From NCBI GenBank assembly GCA_020536535.1, contig JAHLWZ010000016.1, positions 124,001 to 188,000 of the forward strand: a stretch of 64,000 bases of DNA, given 5' to 3'. Shown here piece by piece: positions 40,258-52,299 of the stretch. Below the pieces are notes generated by a model. The model was given only the letters and a program-made list of their open reading frames with translations. It did not search any database and was not told where the DNA came from. How positions within the stretch are numbered: position 1 is the first letter of the stretch; the number at the start of each line of letters is the position of its first letter. Both the position numbers and the translations under genes were made by a program. The stretch is from Pelomyxa schiedti. Its lineage: Eukaryota > Protista > Evosea.

Positions 40258-43200
40258 GTGCAACGTTATGAAAAAATAAGAAGAATTGGAAAAGGGAGCT
40301 TTGGGACTGTTTATTTGTACCTGGATACTCAGCACCCTCAATGTAACTTTTCTTTTTGACGTCTCTCTAAGCCTATATCAATTCTAACACTCCATATACT
40401 TACTGAGCACAGATGCAAAAATCAAGTCCTATATGGGATGTGGCGCTGAGAGTGGGCCACCACCTATGAGTAGCAGTGGTGCCTATGTAGTAGTGAAAGA
40501 GATTGACATGAGTGGGTTGAGTGCTAAAGAGCGCAGCGATGTAAGGAATGAGGCTACTGTGCTACGCCAACTCTCTCACCCCAATATCATTAAATACCAT
40601 GCATTCTTTGAGGTGATTTTCCTTTCCTGTTTTCTATTACTGCCCTTTTCCAGGAAAATCACACCATGTACATAGTAATGGACTATGCCGATGGTGGGGA
40701 CTTGTTTCAACTCATCAAACAGCGAAATGGAGCTTACTTTACAGAAGAGGTCCCAATATTCTCACTTTTTGTTCGTCCTCTAAGGTCCATTAGGAAATTT
40801 TGGATTGGTTTGTACAAATGTGTTTGGCTTTGAAGCATGTACATGACAAGAGAATTTTGCATAGAGATTTGAAAACACAAAAGTACACTCCACTTGCTCG
40901 TTTCGGATTGTTGACCCAATTTCAGTGTTTTCTTGACACGTTCAAAATTGGTTAAACTTGGAGGTTTAACACCATCCTTTTTTTTTATTTATTGATTCCT
41001 TAAAGATTTTGGCATTGCTAGAATTCTCAAGTCAACTATGGATTGTGCAAAGACTGCTATTGGTACCCCAGGACTGGCAATAATACCTAACTTCATTAGG
41101 AACACCCTACTACTTATCTCCAGAAATTTGCGAAGATAAACCGTATGCAGTTTTTGTTATGTGGGTCTAGTTTTAATAGCCCCAAGGTATAATCACAAAA
41201 GTGACGTTTGGAGTCTTGGTGCGCAATTCCTCCCTTTTTTCCCCTTTAATTTTGGTAGGATGTGTACTGTATGAGATGTGCACTCTCAAACACGCTTTTG
41301 ATGCACAGAATATGAGAATGCTCATTGTGAAAATATTGAGGGGGTCCTATCCCCCCATTCCAACGTATGGCGAGGAGACCCTCACCAACACTAAATTCAG
41401 TGCAGAAATTATAGTAAAGATCTAAGAGAATTGGTGTCGTGCATGCTTAAGAGATCACCTTCACAAAGACCCAGTGTCAATGCTATCCTTTCCAAAGATT
41501 TCATCAAAAACAGAATATCACATTTTCTCTCCCAAACCACCATCATTCGTGAATTTGGCAGGGGAAGAGAAGGAAATTCGGCACCTGATCCTAGTAAACC
41601 AAAAGCTCCCTCGTTTTCAGTGTGCAGTCTCCTCACAGAATCTGAACTAACTCTCTTTTTTTCTAAAGGTTTCAAAGCCTCTTGAAAAAGTATTTTACTG
41701 GAAAAACCACGTTTTGTTTTATACTGACATCCTTTTTCCTCCCACAGCAACCTACATCCATATCACATGCATCATACGCACACCAGCATCAGACATCACC
41801 ACGCCAGCATCCTCCAGTTGTGAGTTCAGCATCACCACGCCAGCTCCCTCCACCCATTGCATCACCCCCGCGGCTTGGCCCAACACCAACTCAAGAACCT
41901 CGTCCTCTTCAACACATGTCATCACTGACACCAACTGTAAATAGTCACATTGAAGCACCTGAACTCAAGTTGTTGGATCTTGAAAGGAAAAAGAGAGACA
42001 GAGAGGTTTGACTGAAATATTATGTTACTTAACGTGATTTAAGGAGAGAGAGATTTTGAAACCGGATATCACAAAAGAATCAGCTCGTGACCCTGCTGTT
42101 GTTAAAGAGCCAACTCGTGACCCTCCTGCAAAGCGGGAAAGTATTAAATCCGATAGTGAGAGGTTGGAACCATACTTCCTGAAAATCTGTTGAATAATAA
42201 GCCATTACAGGTTAGAACTTGAGAGGAAGAAGAAAAGGTAGTCTTCTTTTTTTTGGTAAACCAATTTACCCAGATATCTCAGTGAAGAGCAAACAAGACT
42301 AAGCTACCTCCAAATGCAAAGTGAAGCCAATAGAATGAAAAATGCACGTGCGTTTATTTTCCTATTCCCCAATAATCTGGAATGTTCAGATAGAGGGCCT
42401 GTTTTACGACTCACATAGATCTCATGTTTCATCTGTGACTAATGATGCAAGCACCGAAGTCGAACTAAAAAGGAGAGAAACGGACCTTGCACAAGTTACT
42501 CACGAAAATGCTTTGATAAATAGAAAGATTACGGAGAGAGTAAAAAAATCGGTAATAACTACGGGTGAGGAAAAACAATAACAGGCTATAGGGGAATGAT
42601 CAAGGAGTGCAAGTGAGATTTGCAGAGCCTCAATTTATTATTTCCCCTCAGCAACAAATCAACCCACCAATATCTCCACCGTAAGAAAGCAAAGTGAAAA
42701 CCGCCATAATAACGAAAATTCAGATTAGATTTACCTCCTAAGACCACAGTACACCGTCAAGGCCCTTCCCAAGTAGAACACAGGAGAAGACCAGACACAG
42801 AGCACCAAGATTCAGCTCTTATGCCGCAATCTCGAGCGCCGACAAATATACTCAGTCAACCACAAAGTCACCATCAATCTGAGGCTAAGAGAAAACTGGA
42901 AGAAGAAAGATTAGAAGCATTGGCCCGAGCAAGGAAAGAAAACTACGCAGAGCGACTTGCCTTAGCCGCTAAAAACAAACCTGAACTCATTGGAGCCCCT
43001 TCGAGCGAAACAGCAGAGCCAACACACACCTCTTCAAACACTCCAGCATTACTATTGTCCAGGCAGCAACAACAAATTCTATCTCAAAGCCCTTCACATC
43101 ACCCAGAAGGGGTTCCTGTGCTCGAGGTTCATGCCACACTTCAACAGGAGCACCCACGCACTATACACAAGTTAGCTCTACTACCTTGCTGTGTTTGCTC

Positions 43201-44812
43201 AAATGTAAAATAGGAGCGATCCTGTTAGACAGAAACCCCGATTGTCATTGGTAGGCAAAAGGTTCCGAGCACAATACTAACACCTTGTGCACATTACTAG
43301 GACTCCCAACGGGATGCTCGAAACTCTGAACAATCGCATGATCTGCCTCCTGATTTGCGAAAAGCACAGGAAGACAAAAAAGTTATTAAAATGCAAGCAG
43401 ATGAAGCTCACAAGTACCCTTTCTCCTAACGTTTGGTTCCTGTCCAACTCAGTTAAGAGCTCATCTGCAAAGAATTAAAGAGGCCAGAGCTCGGGGCAGT
43501 GGCTTGGATGTCAAAAAGCTTCACACACAATCAACTATTAACGCTGATACACCACTCACACAGCCAACAGACTCGATTACCAAATTACCTCCAAACGTTC
43601 AGACACCAACCGATTTCAAGGTAGAAACACCTTCGAATCGTCCAACAGAACCAGTTACTGCAGTTTCTAGCCCAGCCAAACACACACCAAAAAAGCTTCA
43701 CAGAGGTATGTCACATTCCAATCTTCTTCAACTAATTAATACTCAATAGAAGACATTGTTTTCGAAATTTTTGAGCCGAAGAACCCAAGGCCTCCCCCAC
43801 AAGTTACCAACAATTCACACTCACAACCTCATGATGTAAAACTGTGTGTATTGCTTGTTCTCCATTGTTACCAATTCCCATACTTGCTAGAATCAATCAA
43901 CCAGTCAGTTCTGGTTTGGACATCGATAACACACCAGCAAAATCTGTATCACCACTTCTAGAAAACCATCTCCCAGCCCCTTCACCTGTTCAACAAACAC
44001 AGCCACAACCACAACCACAGCCACAACCACAACCACAGCCACAACCACAACCACCAACACAAACACCACAACTGCCATCATCATTACAACCCCAGCAAGT
44101 CGACCCACAGATATCTATCGATCAAGCACAAATAACCCCACAAAATTCGTTGCTTGTAAATGAAAACGAGGCACAGGATGAAGCAGAAGACTCCTATGAC
44201 AAGGATATACAAGATCTTATTCAAGAATGCCATGCAGCCCTGCTGATTACCGACACAGAGTCTCCGTGGACGCCGAGGCCCGCCACCGCCACCGCCACCG
44301 CCAGCACCCTGCCCAGTGGAATAGTCGTAGAGGGTGTAACAGAGAAAGATACAATGGCCTACCGCATTGAAATGCTCCGAATGCAACTCGAGGATTCCAT
44401 GGGATTTGATGAGTTTATCAGGGCCTACCAACTCATCAAAGCCGGCAGCGGAGGCGAAGACTCCTCCATCAATAACCCGCCCCCACCCACAATGGAACCG
44501 CCGCCGCCGCCGTCCGGCTCGGATATAACCAAACCCAACACAACGGCGCCAAGCAATCCCGCTTCTTCCAACAGTGACAACAACCCCGGAACAAACACAA
44601 CGACAGCAGCCATAACTTCTTCTTCATCTTCATCTTCACCACCTCAGCCAGCACACTCAATGTCGGTAAGCACTACTGGAAGCAACAACACATCACCTTC
44701 TCTTTCTCCACAAGCAACAACAGTCAATGTTGGAGAGGAATGGGACCCCCCCACAATTGAGAAGCTCATCCACCTCATTCACTGTGAGTCCGCTCTATTT
44801 GACAACTATTGA
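40258..44812 (+). CDS. NIMA-related kinase, NEK1-like; start codon unresolved
   Basis: [79 protein letters not shown]; C-terminal [23 protein letters not shown] resembles the NEK1 tail motif. Confidence 0.92.
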
Positions 44813-45291
44813 ACACCGTCTCATCATGATTGAATGGATGCACACCCCACCACAGCACGGAATCGCAGAGACTCAGCAGATAGGAGATTGTCCAAAAAGA
44901 TAGCACGGCCGGCAGAGGAGAATGAACTTTCAACAATTGTGTCGTTCTCTTCTGATCTGGTTTCGGATATCGGGACTAAGAGGGAACGCTTTGCACTTCA
45001 GATCTGTGGATCTGCGTTTCGTGCGAGTTTGGTGGTTGTGAGGTTTTTTCTTTATTTTTAGGCTAAACCAATTGGGACGTTGATTTTACCACGGCAGGAA
45101 TGGACTTAGGCTAAAAATACAAAAAACCTCACAAGAGGTTATTGTTCTGCACAACTTCAACAAACAACACACAAAACAAAAAGAATTAAACGCTGCCGCG
45201 ATCGGCAACGCCGTGAGCGACAAGGCCGGTATAAACAGGAAGAGACCTTAGCAACGACAACGTTTAAGATCTAGTTTTTGAAGCGATAGTG

Positions 45292-48200
45292 ATGCCGAAC
45301 TCCCATGCTCTTTTTACGCACCACGGTGGTGGTGGTGTTTGTTGCGTTCTATTGGCGTTACTCGTAGGAGGTAGCTTTTTTTTTACTTTCCCCATTATGT
45401 GCAACCGGAGTTAACTTTTTTTTTTTTTTTTCTCCCCTCCCTAGTATCGATGTCTTCCAAAGGTTTGATCCTCTTATAATCTTATGCAGGGAAATTTAAA
45501 AACCTTACTTTGGCTCCCCTTAGTTGGATTTTTTATTGGCAGAGATTCTTCCCATGAGTCTGTGTGGCCTCTCTTGTCCTCTTCTGCTCCCTCTATCTCT
45601 GAATGCCAGTTTTCGTCAACTACAATGGTAGTTTCATTCGGTGCTGGTGATTTAGTGGATGGACTGTTTTATGCCATAAACACTGCCGACCACAACCGGC
45701 TGTATTCCTTCACCTCTGGATGTGACACTCCGATTCCCATTGGAAGCACTCCACTAGCAACTTACCAGGTGTCTGGAATGACTTGGTCAGCATCCACTGG
45801 AACAATGTACATCTCCTACGCATCACCTAGTGGTGCCTTTGTCAGTACAATTGATTTGACGTCGGGAAATCTGGGGAAAACACCTATTATTTCTTCAGGT
45901 TCCACTATTGGCCCAATTGCATTTGATGATACACATGGACTGCTTTACGTTTTCATCGACAATATCTTGCATAGATACAATACCGGCTGGTCCATTGATA
46001 AGACTTGGTCCTATACCTTTCCTGAGTGGATTCCAAAAAGCTTGTCTTATGACAAGTGTGAAGAAAAGCTGTATGTTTGGGTGAATGTAGCTGGTTATTC
46101 CTGGATATACAGTTTAGATACAACGAGTGGTACTACTTCTCCCGTACTCTCGACAAAGGAGATATCACCTAGTTTTTTGTGCCACTCTGATTACTGTAGG
46201 GCTTACAATCTGAGAGCTGTCAGTTCCTACAGTTCCAGCGAGAGTTCTAGCCGGAGTTCGAGCGAAAGCTCCAGTGACAGTTCAAGTGAGAGCTCCAGCG
46301 AAAGCTCCAGTGAAAGTTCAAGTGAGAGCTCCAGCGAGAGTTCTAGCCGGAGTTCGAGCGAAAGCTCCAGTGAAAGTTCAAGTGAGAGCTCAAGCGCGAG
46401 TTCAAGCGAGAGTTCAAGCGCGAGTTCAAGCGCGAGTTCAAGCGCGAGTTCAAGCGAGAGTTCAAGCGAGAGCTCAAGCGCGAGTTCAAGCGCGAGTTCA
46501 AGCGAGAGTTCAAGCGAGAGCTCAAGCGCGAGCTCAAGCGCGAGTTCAAGCGAGAGCTCCAGCGAAAGCTCCAGCGAAAGTTCAAGTGAGAGCTCCAGCG
46601 AGAGTTCAAGCGAGAGCTCCAGCGAGAGTTCAAGTGAGAGCTCCAGCGAGAGCTCCAGTGAAAGTTCAAGTGAGAGCTCAAGCGCGAGTTCAAGCGCGAG
46701 TTCAAGCGAGAGCTCCAGTGAAAGTTCAAGCGAGAGCTCCAGCCAGAGTTCGAGTGAAAGTTCGAGCCAGAGCTCCAGCCAAAGTTCAAGCCAGAGTTCG
46801 AGTGATAGTGAGAGTTCGAGTGCGAGCTCTAGTGCAAGTTCCAGCCAGAGCTCCAGTGAAAGTTCTAGTGTGAGCTCGAGCACAAGTGAAAGCTCAAGTG
46901 CGAGCTCGAGCGCAAGTGAAAGCTCAAGTGCAAGTTCAAGTGAGAGTTCCAGCCAGAGTTCAAGTGAGAGTTCGAGCCAGAGTTCAAGTGAGAGCTCTAG
47001 TGTAAGCTCCAGCCAGAGTTCGAGTGAAAGCTCCAGTGTGAGCTCCAGTGAAAGTTCCAGCGAAAGTTCCAGCCAGAGCTCCAGCCAGAGTTCTCATTCG
47101 AGTTCCAGTGAGAGCCGAAGTGCCAGTTCACTGAGTGAAAGCTCCAGTGAGAGTTCAAGCGAGAGTTCCAGTGCGAGTTCCAGCGAGAGCTCCAGCGAGA
47201 GTTCAAGCGAGAGTTCCAGTGCGAGTTCCAGTGCGAGTTCCAGCGAGAGCTCCAGTGAAAGTTCCAGCGAGAGCTCCAGTGCGAGTTCCAGTGAGAGCTC
47301 AAGCATTAGCTCAAGTGAAAGCTCCAGCCAGAGCTCGAGTGAAAGTTCGAGCCAGAGCTCCAGCGAAAGTTCCAGTGAAAGCTCTAGTCAGAGCTCCAGC
47401 GAAAGTTCCAGCAGTGAAAGCTCCAGTAGTGAAAGTTCCAGCAGCGAAAGTTCCAGTTTGAGTTCCAGTCTGAGTTCCAGTGAAAGCTCCAGCAGCGAAA
47501 GCTCAAGTGAGAGTTCAAGCCAGAGCTCCAGCGAAAGTTCGAGCAGCGAGAGTATAAGTTCAAGTTCACGTAGCGAAAGTTCCAGTGAGAGCTCCAGCCA
47601 AAGTTCAAGCAGCGAGAGTATAAGTTCAAGTTTACGCAGCGAAAGTTCCAGCCAGAGCTCCAGTGAAAGTTCCAGCCAGCGTTCCAGCAGCGAAAGTTCC
47701 AGAAGCGAAAGTTCCAGAAGCGAAAGTTCCAGCAGCGAGAGTATAAGTTCAAGTTCACGTAGCGAAAGTTCCAGCCAGAGCTCCAGTGAAAGTTCCAGCC
47801 AGAGTTCCAGCAGCGAAAGTTCGAGCAGCGAGAGTATAAGTTCAAGTTCACGTAGCGAAAGTTCCAGTGAGAGCTCCAGCCAAAGTTCGAGCAGCGAGAG
47901 CATCAGTTCAAGTTCACGTAGCGAAAGTTCGAGCAGCGTGAGTTTCAGTTCAAGTTCCAGCAGCGAGAGTTTTAGTTCAAGTTCCAGCAGCCAGAGTTCT
48001 AGCGAGAGCTCCAGCGAGAGCTCAAGTTCCGGCAGCCAGAGTTCCAGTCAGAGCTCTAGTGTGAGTTCAAGTATGAGTAGCAGCGAGAGCGAGAGCTCTT
48101 CTACCTCAGGTACAACCCCCTTTTTACACCCGCTTTTTCATTTTTTCCTCACACATAAACAGAGTCGTCATCCACATCACTCTCTTCGTCCTCGAGCTCT

Positions 48201-48404
48201 GTGTCCTTGTCCTTGTCCTCTTCCAGCAACGGTGTTCCGGCCTATGCCTGGGCGATCCTTGGTGTTGGTCTAGCCCTTATTCTACTTACAGGATCGGCAT
48301 GCGGCGCCGTGTTTGCCTTGCACGCACACAGAAAGAAGTACACACAGACCTTCAAACCCACCGAGATGATGGTACTTGGTGGTTGGGAGGAAGACGTCGT
48401 GTAA
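45292..48404 (+). CDS. Type I surface glycoprotein: signal peptide, beta-rich head, roughly 600-aa Ser-rich stalk, TM helix, short tail
   Basis: First exon MPNSH...VCCVLLALLVG; 929-aa ORF with (SSSE/SSSA/SSSQ)n; last exon AYAWAILGVGLALILLTGSACGAVFALHAHRKK. Confidence 0.8.
46222..48100 (+). repeat. Coding minisatellite, 12-nt unit AGY-TCN-AGY-GAR (SSSE)
   Basis: About 1.9 kb of degenerate agttccagcgag/agctcaagcgcg units with higher-order blocks such as SESISSSSR. Confidence 0.95.
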
Positions 48405-48506
48405 AAAAAAAAAAATAGCTTGTTAAAATGACCCTTCCACGTACTGAAAAATGACTTTCAGAAAGAATTTCAAAAAAAAAATACTTGTTCTGGCATCCAC
48501 GTATGT

Positions 48507-50600
48507 CTAGGACTTGGTCGTTGTGGTGGTAGGAGCGGGTGTAGGTGTTACTGCTTCACTGGGCGTGGGTTGGGCGGCTGGCTTGGGTACTACGTTCCCG
48601 TAGAGCAAAAGCCTGAGGTCGCCGGTTGCCGCGAGTTTGTTGTGTGCTTCAAGGCACTTGGCTTGGAAGTTGACTCCTTTACCAATGCCATCAGCCACGT
48701 TGTGGTGGCGGAAGGGATCCTCAATGAAGACTGGGCCCTAAGATATTATAAGAAACTTGGAGTGCTTTGAAAGCTGTTTCCAACCTTCTTGCCGGTGTCT
48801 GTGCGTGGCACGTTGGGTGTTCCCAGGCGAATGCTCACCTAAAATATTGGAAGATACCACGAGGTGGAAAACCGTGCACTTACCATGTTCTTCCCGAAGT
48901 TGAATTCCTTTCCATAGAAATGGAACAGCTGAAGAAGCAGCTGGCCTTTGCCAGTGGCATCCAGAGGGCGCTTGGGAAGGAATTGACTTGAACGCCAGAA
49001 ACAGTTCTCACCCTCCACAGCAAAACCTCCGCGGCATTGATCTGCACTTGTGCGCTCAATGTCTTTCTGAAGATTAGGCAGAAGAGCTGGATTCCTTAAC
49101 GAATTAAGGAGACAAGAACCACCGAAAGAATATACCTTGTTTGGAAAAAGTAAATCACAAGAAGGTCAATGCAGAAGGAGCTGGACAACAGTTATCGGAA
49201 AAACAGGGGGGGAAAGGTGAAAGTTACCTCATCCAAGATTTCTTTGGGTTGAACCAACCTATGCTCTGTGCCCATGCCTTGAGTGCAACAACAATTGGCT
49301 TGTTTCATTCTTAGTATACCACAAACACAGTTATCAAATACCTGTATACGGCGATCCATCTGGATGTAGTCACGGGTAAGTTGAGTCGAGAAGATGCAGA
49401 TATCATGATTGATCACGAGATTGAAAGGAAAAGGGAAAGCACTGAATGAAAACAATCAGGTGGAAGTTAAGAACGAAAGAAAACTACTCTGTGGGTCGCA
49501 TCTGGGTAATGGCAGGTACATGTGTCTGAGTAAAGGACAAATTATTGGCCAGGTCTTTTTGCGCGTGAGAGGGGTTAAACAGGATAAGGAGCACACATAG
49601 ACTCAGAACTTGAAAAAAGGCTTGCAAGGCTTGTTTTTCGGGCACATTGGACTGGTGGATGACTGAAAGCTCAAAATGCTCACCAGGGACAGCAGTACGT
49701 TCATTCACAGAACCATAGGTGTACAAGGAGCCTAATTTGTATTGAGAAGGGATAAGAACATTTCATTCATACATGGAGGGACAAAGTTGTTGGCAGCAGC
49801 CTGTGCGAAAATGATTTGAAGCTGGGTCACAAATTCCTCCCTTGCACGGTAATCAGGTTCCTTCAAACTGATCTGGTACAGTGTTACAGGGGCTGTGTTG
49901 TTAAGGGGCCAACTTGTTTGAAGAATTCAATGAATTGCTGTTCGAACAATGCTAAAGCTCCTTCAGAGGCATGCACAACAGGGTGCAGAAGGGGGCATGT
50001 TTCCTGGTGCTTATGAGCTATTATATTTTGGAGATAAGAAAACAAGATGAGAAATGTATGAGCCCATACCAGAAGATTCATCTCCTTTCTGTGTGAGATT
50101 AAACTGAATTCCACAAGAGCACGTGAGAGCCCAGCCATTAAGCTTGTAAGTACTGCAGGGAGTTAAAACTTCTTGGAAACAGTTTGGTAGAACTTATATT
50201 ATATAGTTTTTCATACGTGGCAACTGGGGCAATATCTACTCTAAGCTTTTTCCCGCCCACTTCGCGTGCTCTTAGACTTTCTAATGCGGCCTTGACCAAG
50301 TCTGTTGTCTCAAAAAGGGCAAAAGCAACTGACTCCACAACAGAAACCTCCTGTTGGTGGAAGTAAATATCCAGCGAGTACTCCCAATGGCGTTACAAAA
50401 TGGACACGTACCTTGGCTCCAGAAGACCTCAACAAAGGCTCTATGGTCTTAGCATCAACTTCAGGTGTCAACCGGACACGTAGAATTGGGTGGTGTGCTT
50501 TGAGAGTGGCTTCAGAAGGTAAGGCAGGAGCCCTGGCAGGTTTTTTGTTCTGGGCGCGTTTCTTTCCTCTGGAACGTACATAAGGAGTTTGTGACGCCAT
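48507..50600 (-). CDS. RRM + non-canonical poly(A)/terminal uridylyltransferase fold (TUT1/Star-PAP-like), catalytic motif degenerate
   Basis: RRM (VAFALFET...KKLRVDIA); LYTYGS; STQLTRDYIQMDRRI; PAP-associated GQLLLQLFHFYGKEFNF, VSIRLG and FIEDPF..HNV. Confidence 0.78.
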
Positions 50601-51053
50601 TTAGTGGGTGCGTGGAGCAAAGCAAAGAAGCGATTCACTTAGGAGCGATTTCCACGTGAAAGGCACAACCGAGAGGGTGAGGTGCACTTTTGTTGGATCT
50701 TGCGAGTAGTCGGTGGTGTTGTGCTTTGTGCGTTTTTGTGGATCTACAAGACAAAATGGTAGTACCCAACAGCGGGTGTCGCAGTTGTCATAGCCGGTGT
50801 CGCGGATGCTGTCGTCGCCATGGTTTTTGTCGTTGTTTGGTTGCGGTGCTGGTGAGTGCCCCCCTTTTGGTTTCTTTTTTTTTTTTTTTTGTTTTGTGTT
50901 TAGTTCCGAAAAGATCCTTTTTTGCTTGGCGAAGTGACTTTTAAAAAAATGTTTCCTTGTCTTATTTTTTCTCTTTCAGTTGACGCAATTGAAGCGGTGG
51001 TTTTCACAAAAAAGCGAACGTAACTCGAACGCGCCCATAATCGCTTGTAGTGT

Positions 51054-51968
51054 CTACGTGGACTTGTTGCGTTTAGTTGTCCCCTTGCTCGGTGTGTGTC
51101 CCTCGTCGTCATCGCTGTCCTCAGACTCTTTGCTGTCGCTGTCGCTCTCACTTCCACTACTTTCACTGTCACTGCTATCACTGTCGCTGTCACTGCTCTC
51201 CTCATCATCTGATGAACTTTTGGTGACTTTTGGTGGCTTGCCCAGGGGCTTCTTGTTCTTTGTTGTTGATGATTTTTTAGTAGCAACAGCAGCCTGGCCA
51301 GAACCGACTGGGCCCGGCTTCTTCCCCTCAGCCGCATCAGCATCAGCACCGGCACAATCATAACCACAACCACAACCGGCAAAGTCGTTGGCCGCCATTT
51401 CCTTGAATATCTTGACCAGCACGTCGCCGTGGCACTGGTCGCCGGGCTTCTCCTTGCACCAGCACCCGAGGGTCTTGCCCTCGAGCTCGCGTATGTCCCG
51501 CATCAGCTCGGGGTGCTCGGTCCTGAGATAGTCCTCGTACTTGCGCACGGCCTCGGACAGGCCCCCGGGGCAGCTCTTGACGGCGAAGGGGTTGGCCCAC
51601 TTGCTCTTGGCCAGCCTCCAGCCCCCCATGTTGCACTGCCTGCCTATGTACACGTCGCAGTCCTGAACAACCACCCCGCCTTTTCTCTTTATCTTCACCA
51701 CTCGGGGTGGCTTCCTTGCCACCTTGTTGGCTGCTGCTGTTGCTGCTGGTGGTGGTGGTGGTGTTGCTGCTGCTTTTGGTGATGCCGAAACTGTTGTTTG
51801 TTGATGTGCAGTCTTAGTGCTTGTTGTCGATGCGGGTGGCTTTGTTGTTGTGGCTGTCGTTACTGCAGGCTTGAGCGCCTTTGGGTCCAATTTTGTAGTT
51901 GCAGATTTGGTGTGGTCCTTGTGCGTCGCGGGCTTCCTTGGTGGCACTGACGATTTTCCCTTCATCAT
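51054..51968 (-). CDS. DUF4326-domain protein with low-complexity flanks
   Basis: VVKIKRKGGVVVQDCDVYIGRQCNMGGW...SKWANPF...ELEGKTLGCWCK...CHGDVL matches the DUF4326 signatures; single exon. Confidence 0.88.
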   Translation of the reverse strand: MMKGKSSVPPRKPATHKDHTKSATTKLDPKALKPAVTTATTTKPPASTTSTKTAHQQTTVSASPKAAATPPPPPAATAAANKVARKPPRVVKIKRKGGVVVQDCDVYIGRQCNMGGWRLAKSKWANPFAVKSCPGGLSEAVRKYEDYLRTEHPELMRDIRELEGKTLGCWCKEKPGDQCHGDVLVKIFKEMAANDFAGCGCGYDCAGADADAAEGKKPGPVGSGQAAVATKKSSTTKNKKPLGKPPKVTKSSSDDEESSDSDSDSSDSESSGSESDSDSKESEDSDDDEGHTPSKGTTKRNKST

Positions 51969-52139
51969 TAACACGATTTTCGCGATGCCCAATGAGAAAA
52001 AAAAATTACTTTACGCCGACCAAAAAGGAGCTCCAATCCTTTTGGTTTTGTGCTCTCGTGTGGTGTGTCAAAATTAGCCTACTGGAGGAGGCAGACTTTG
52101 GATGCCTTTGTGTTCTTGTGCTGTGGTGATTGGTGTTGT

Positions 52140-52239
52140 NNNNNNNNNNNNNNNNNNNNNNNNNNNNNNNNNNNNNNNNNNNNNNNNNNNNNNNNNNNNN
52201 NNNNNNNNNNNNNNNNNNNNNNNNNNNNNNNNNNNNNNN
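52140..52239. other. Scaffold gap with exactly duplicated 121-nt flanks (52019-52139 = 52240-52360)
   Basis: N run with identical sequence on both sides. Confidence 0.95.
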
Positions 52240-52299
52240 ACCAAAAAGGAGCTCCAATCCTTTTGGTTTTGTGCTCTCGTGTGGTGTGTCAAAATTAGC

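Noticed and set aside
46227-47903. Antisense (LELS)n and alternative-frame (ARVQ)n ORFs
   Set aside because: Automatic by-products of the SSSE codon repeat.
46222-48100. CRISPR-like regular array
   Set aside because: No unique spacers; it is a coding minisatellite in a eukaryotic gene.
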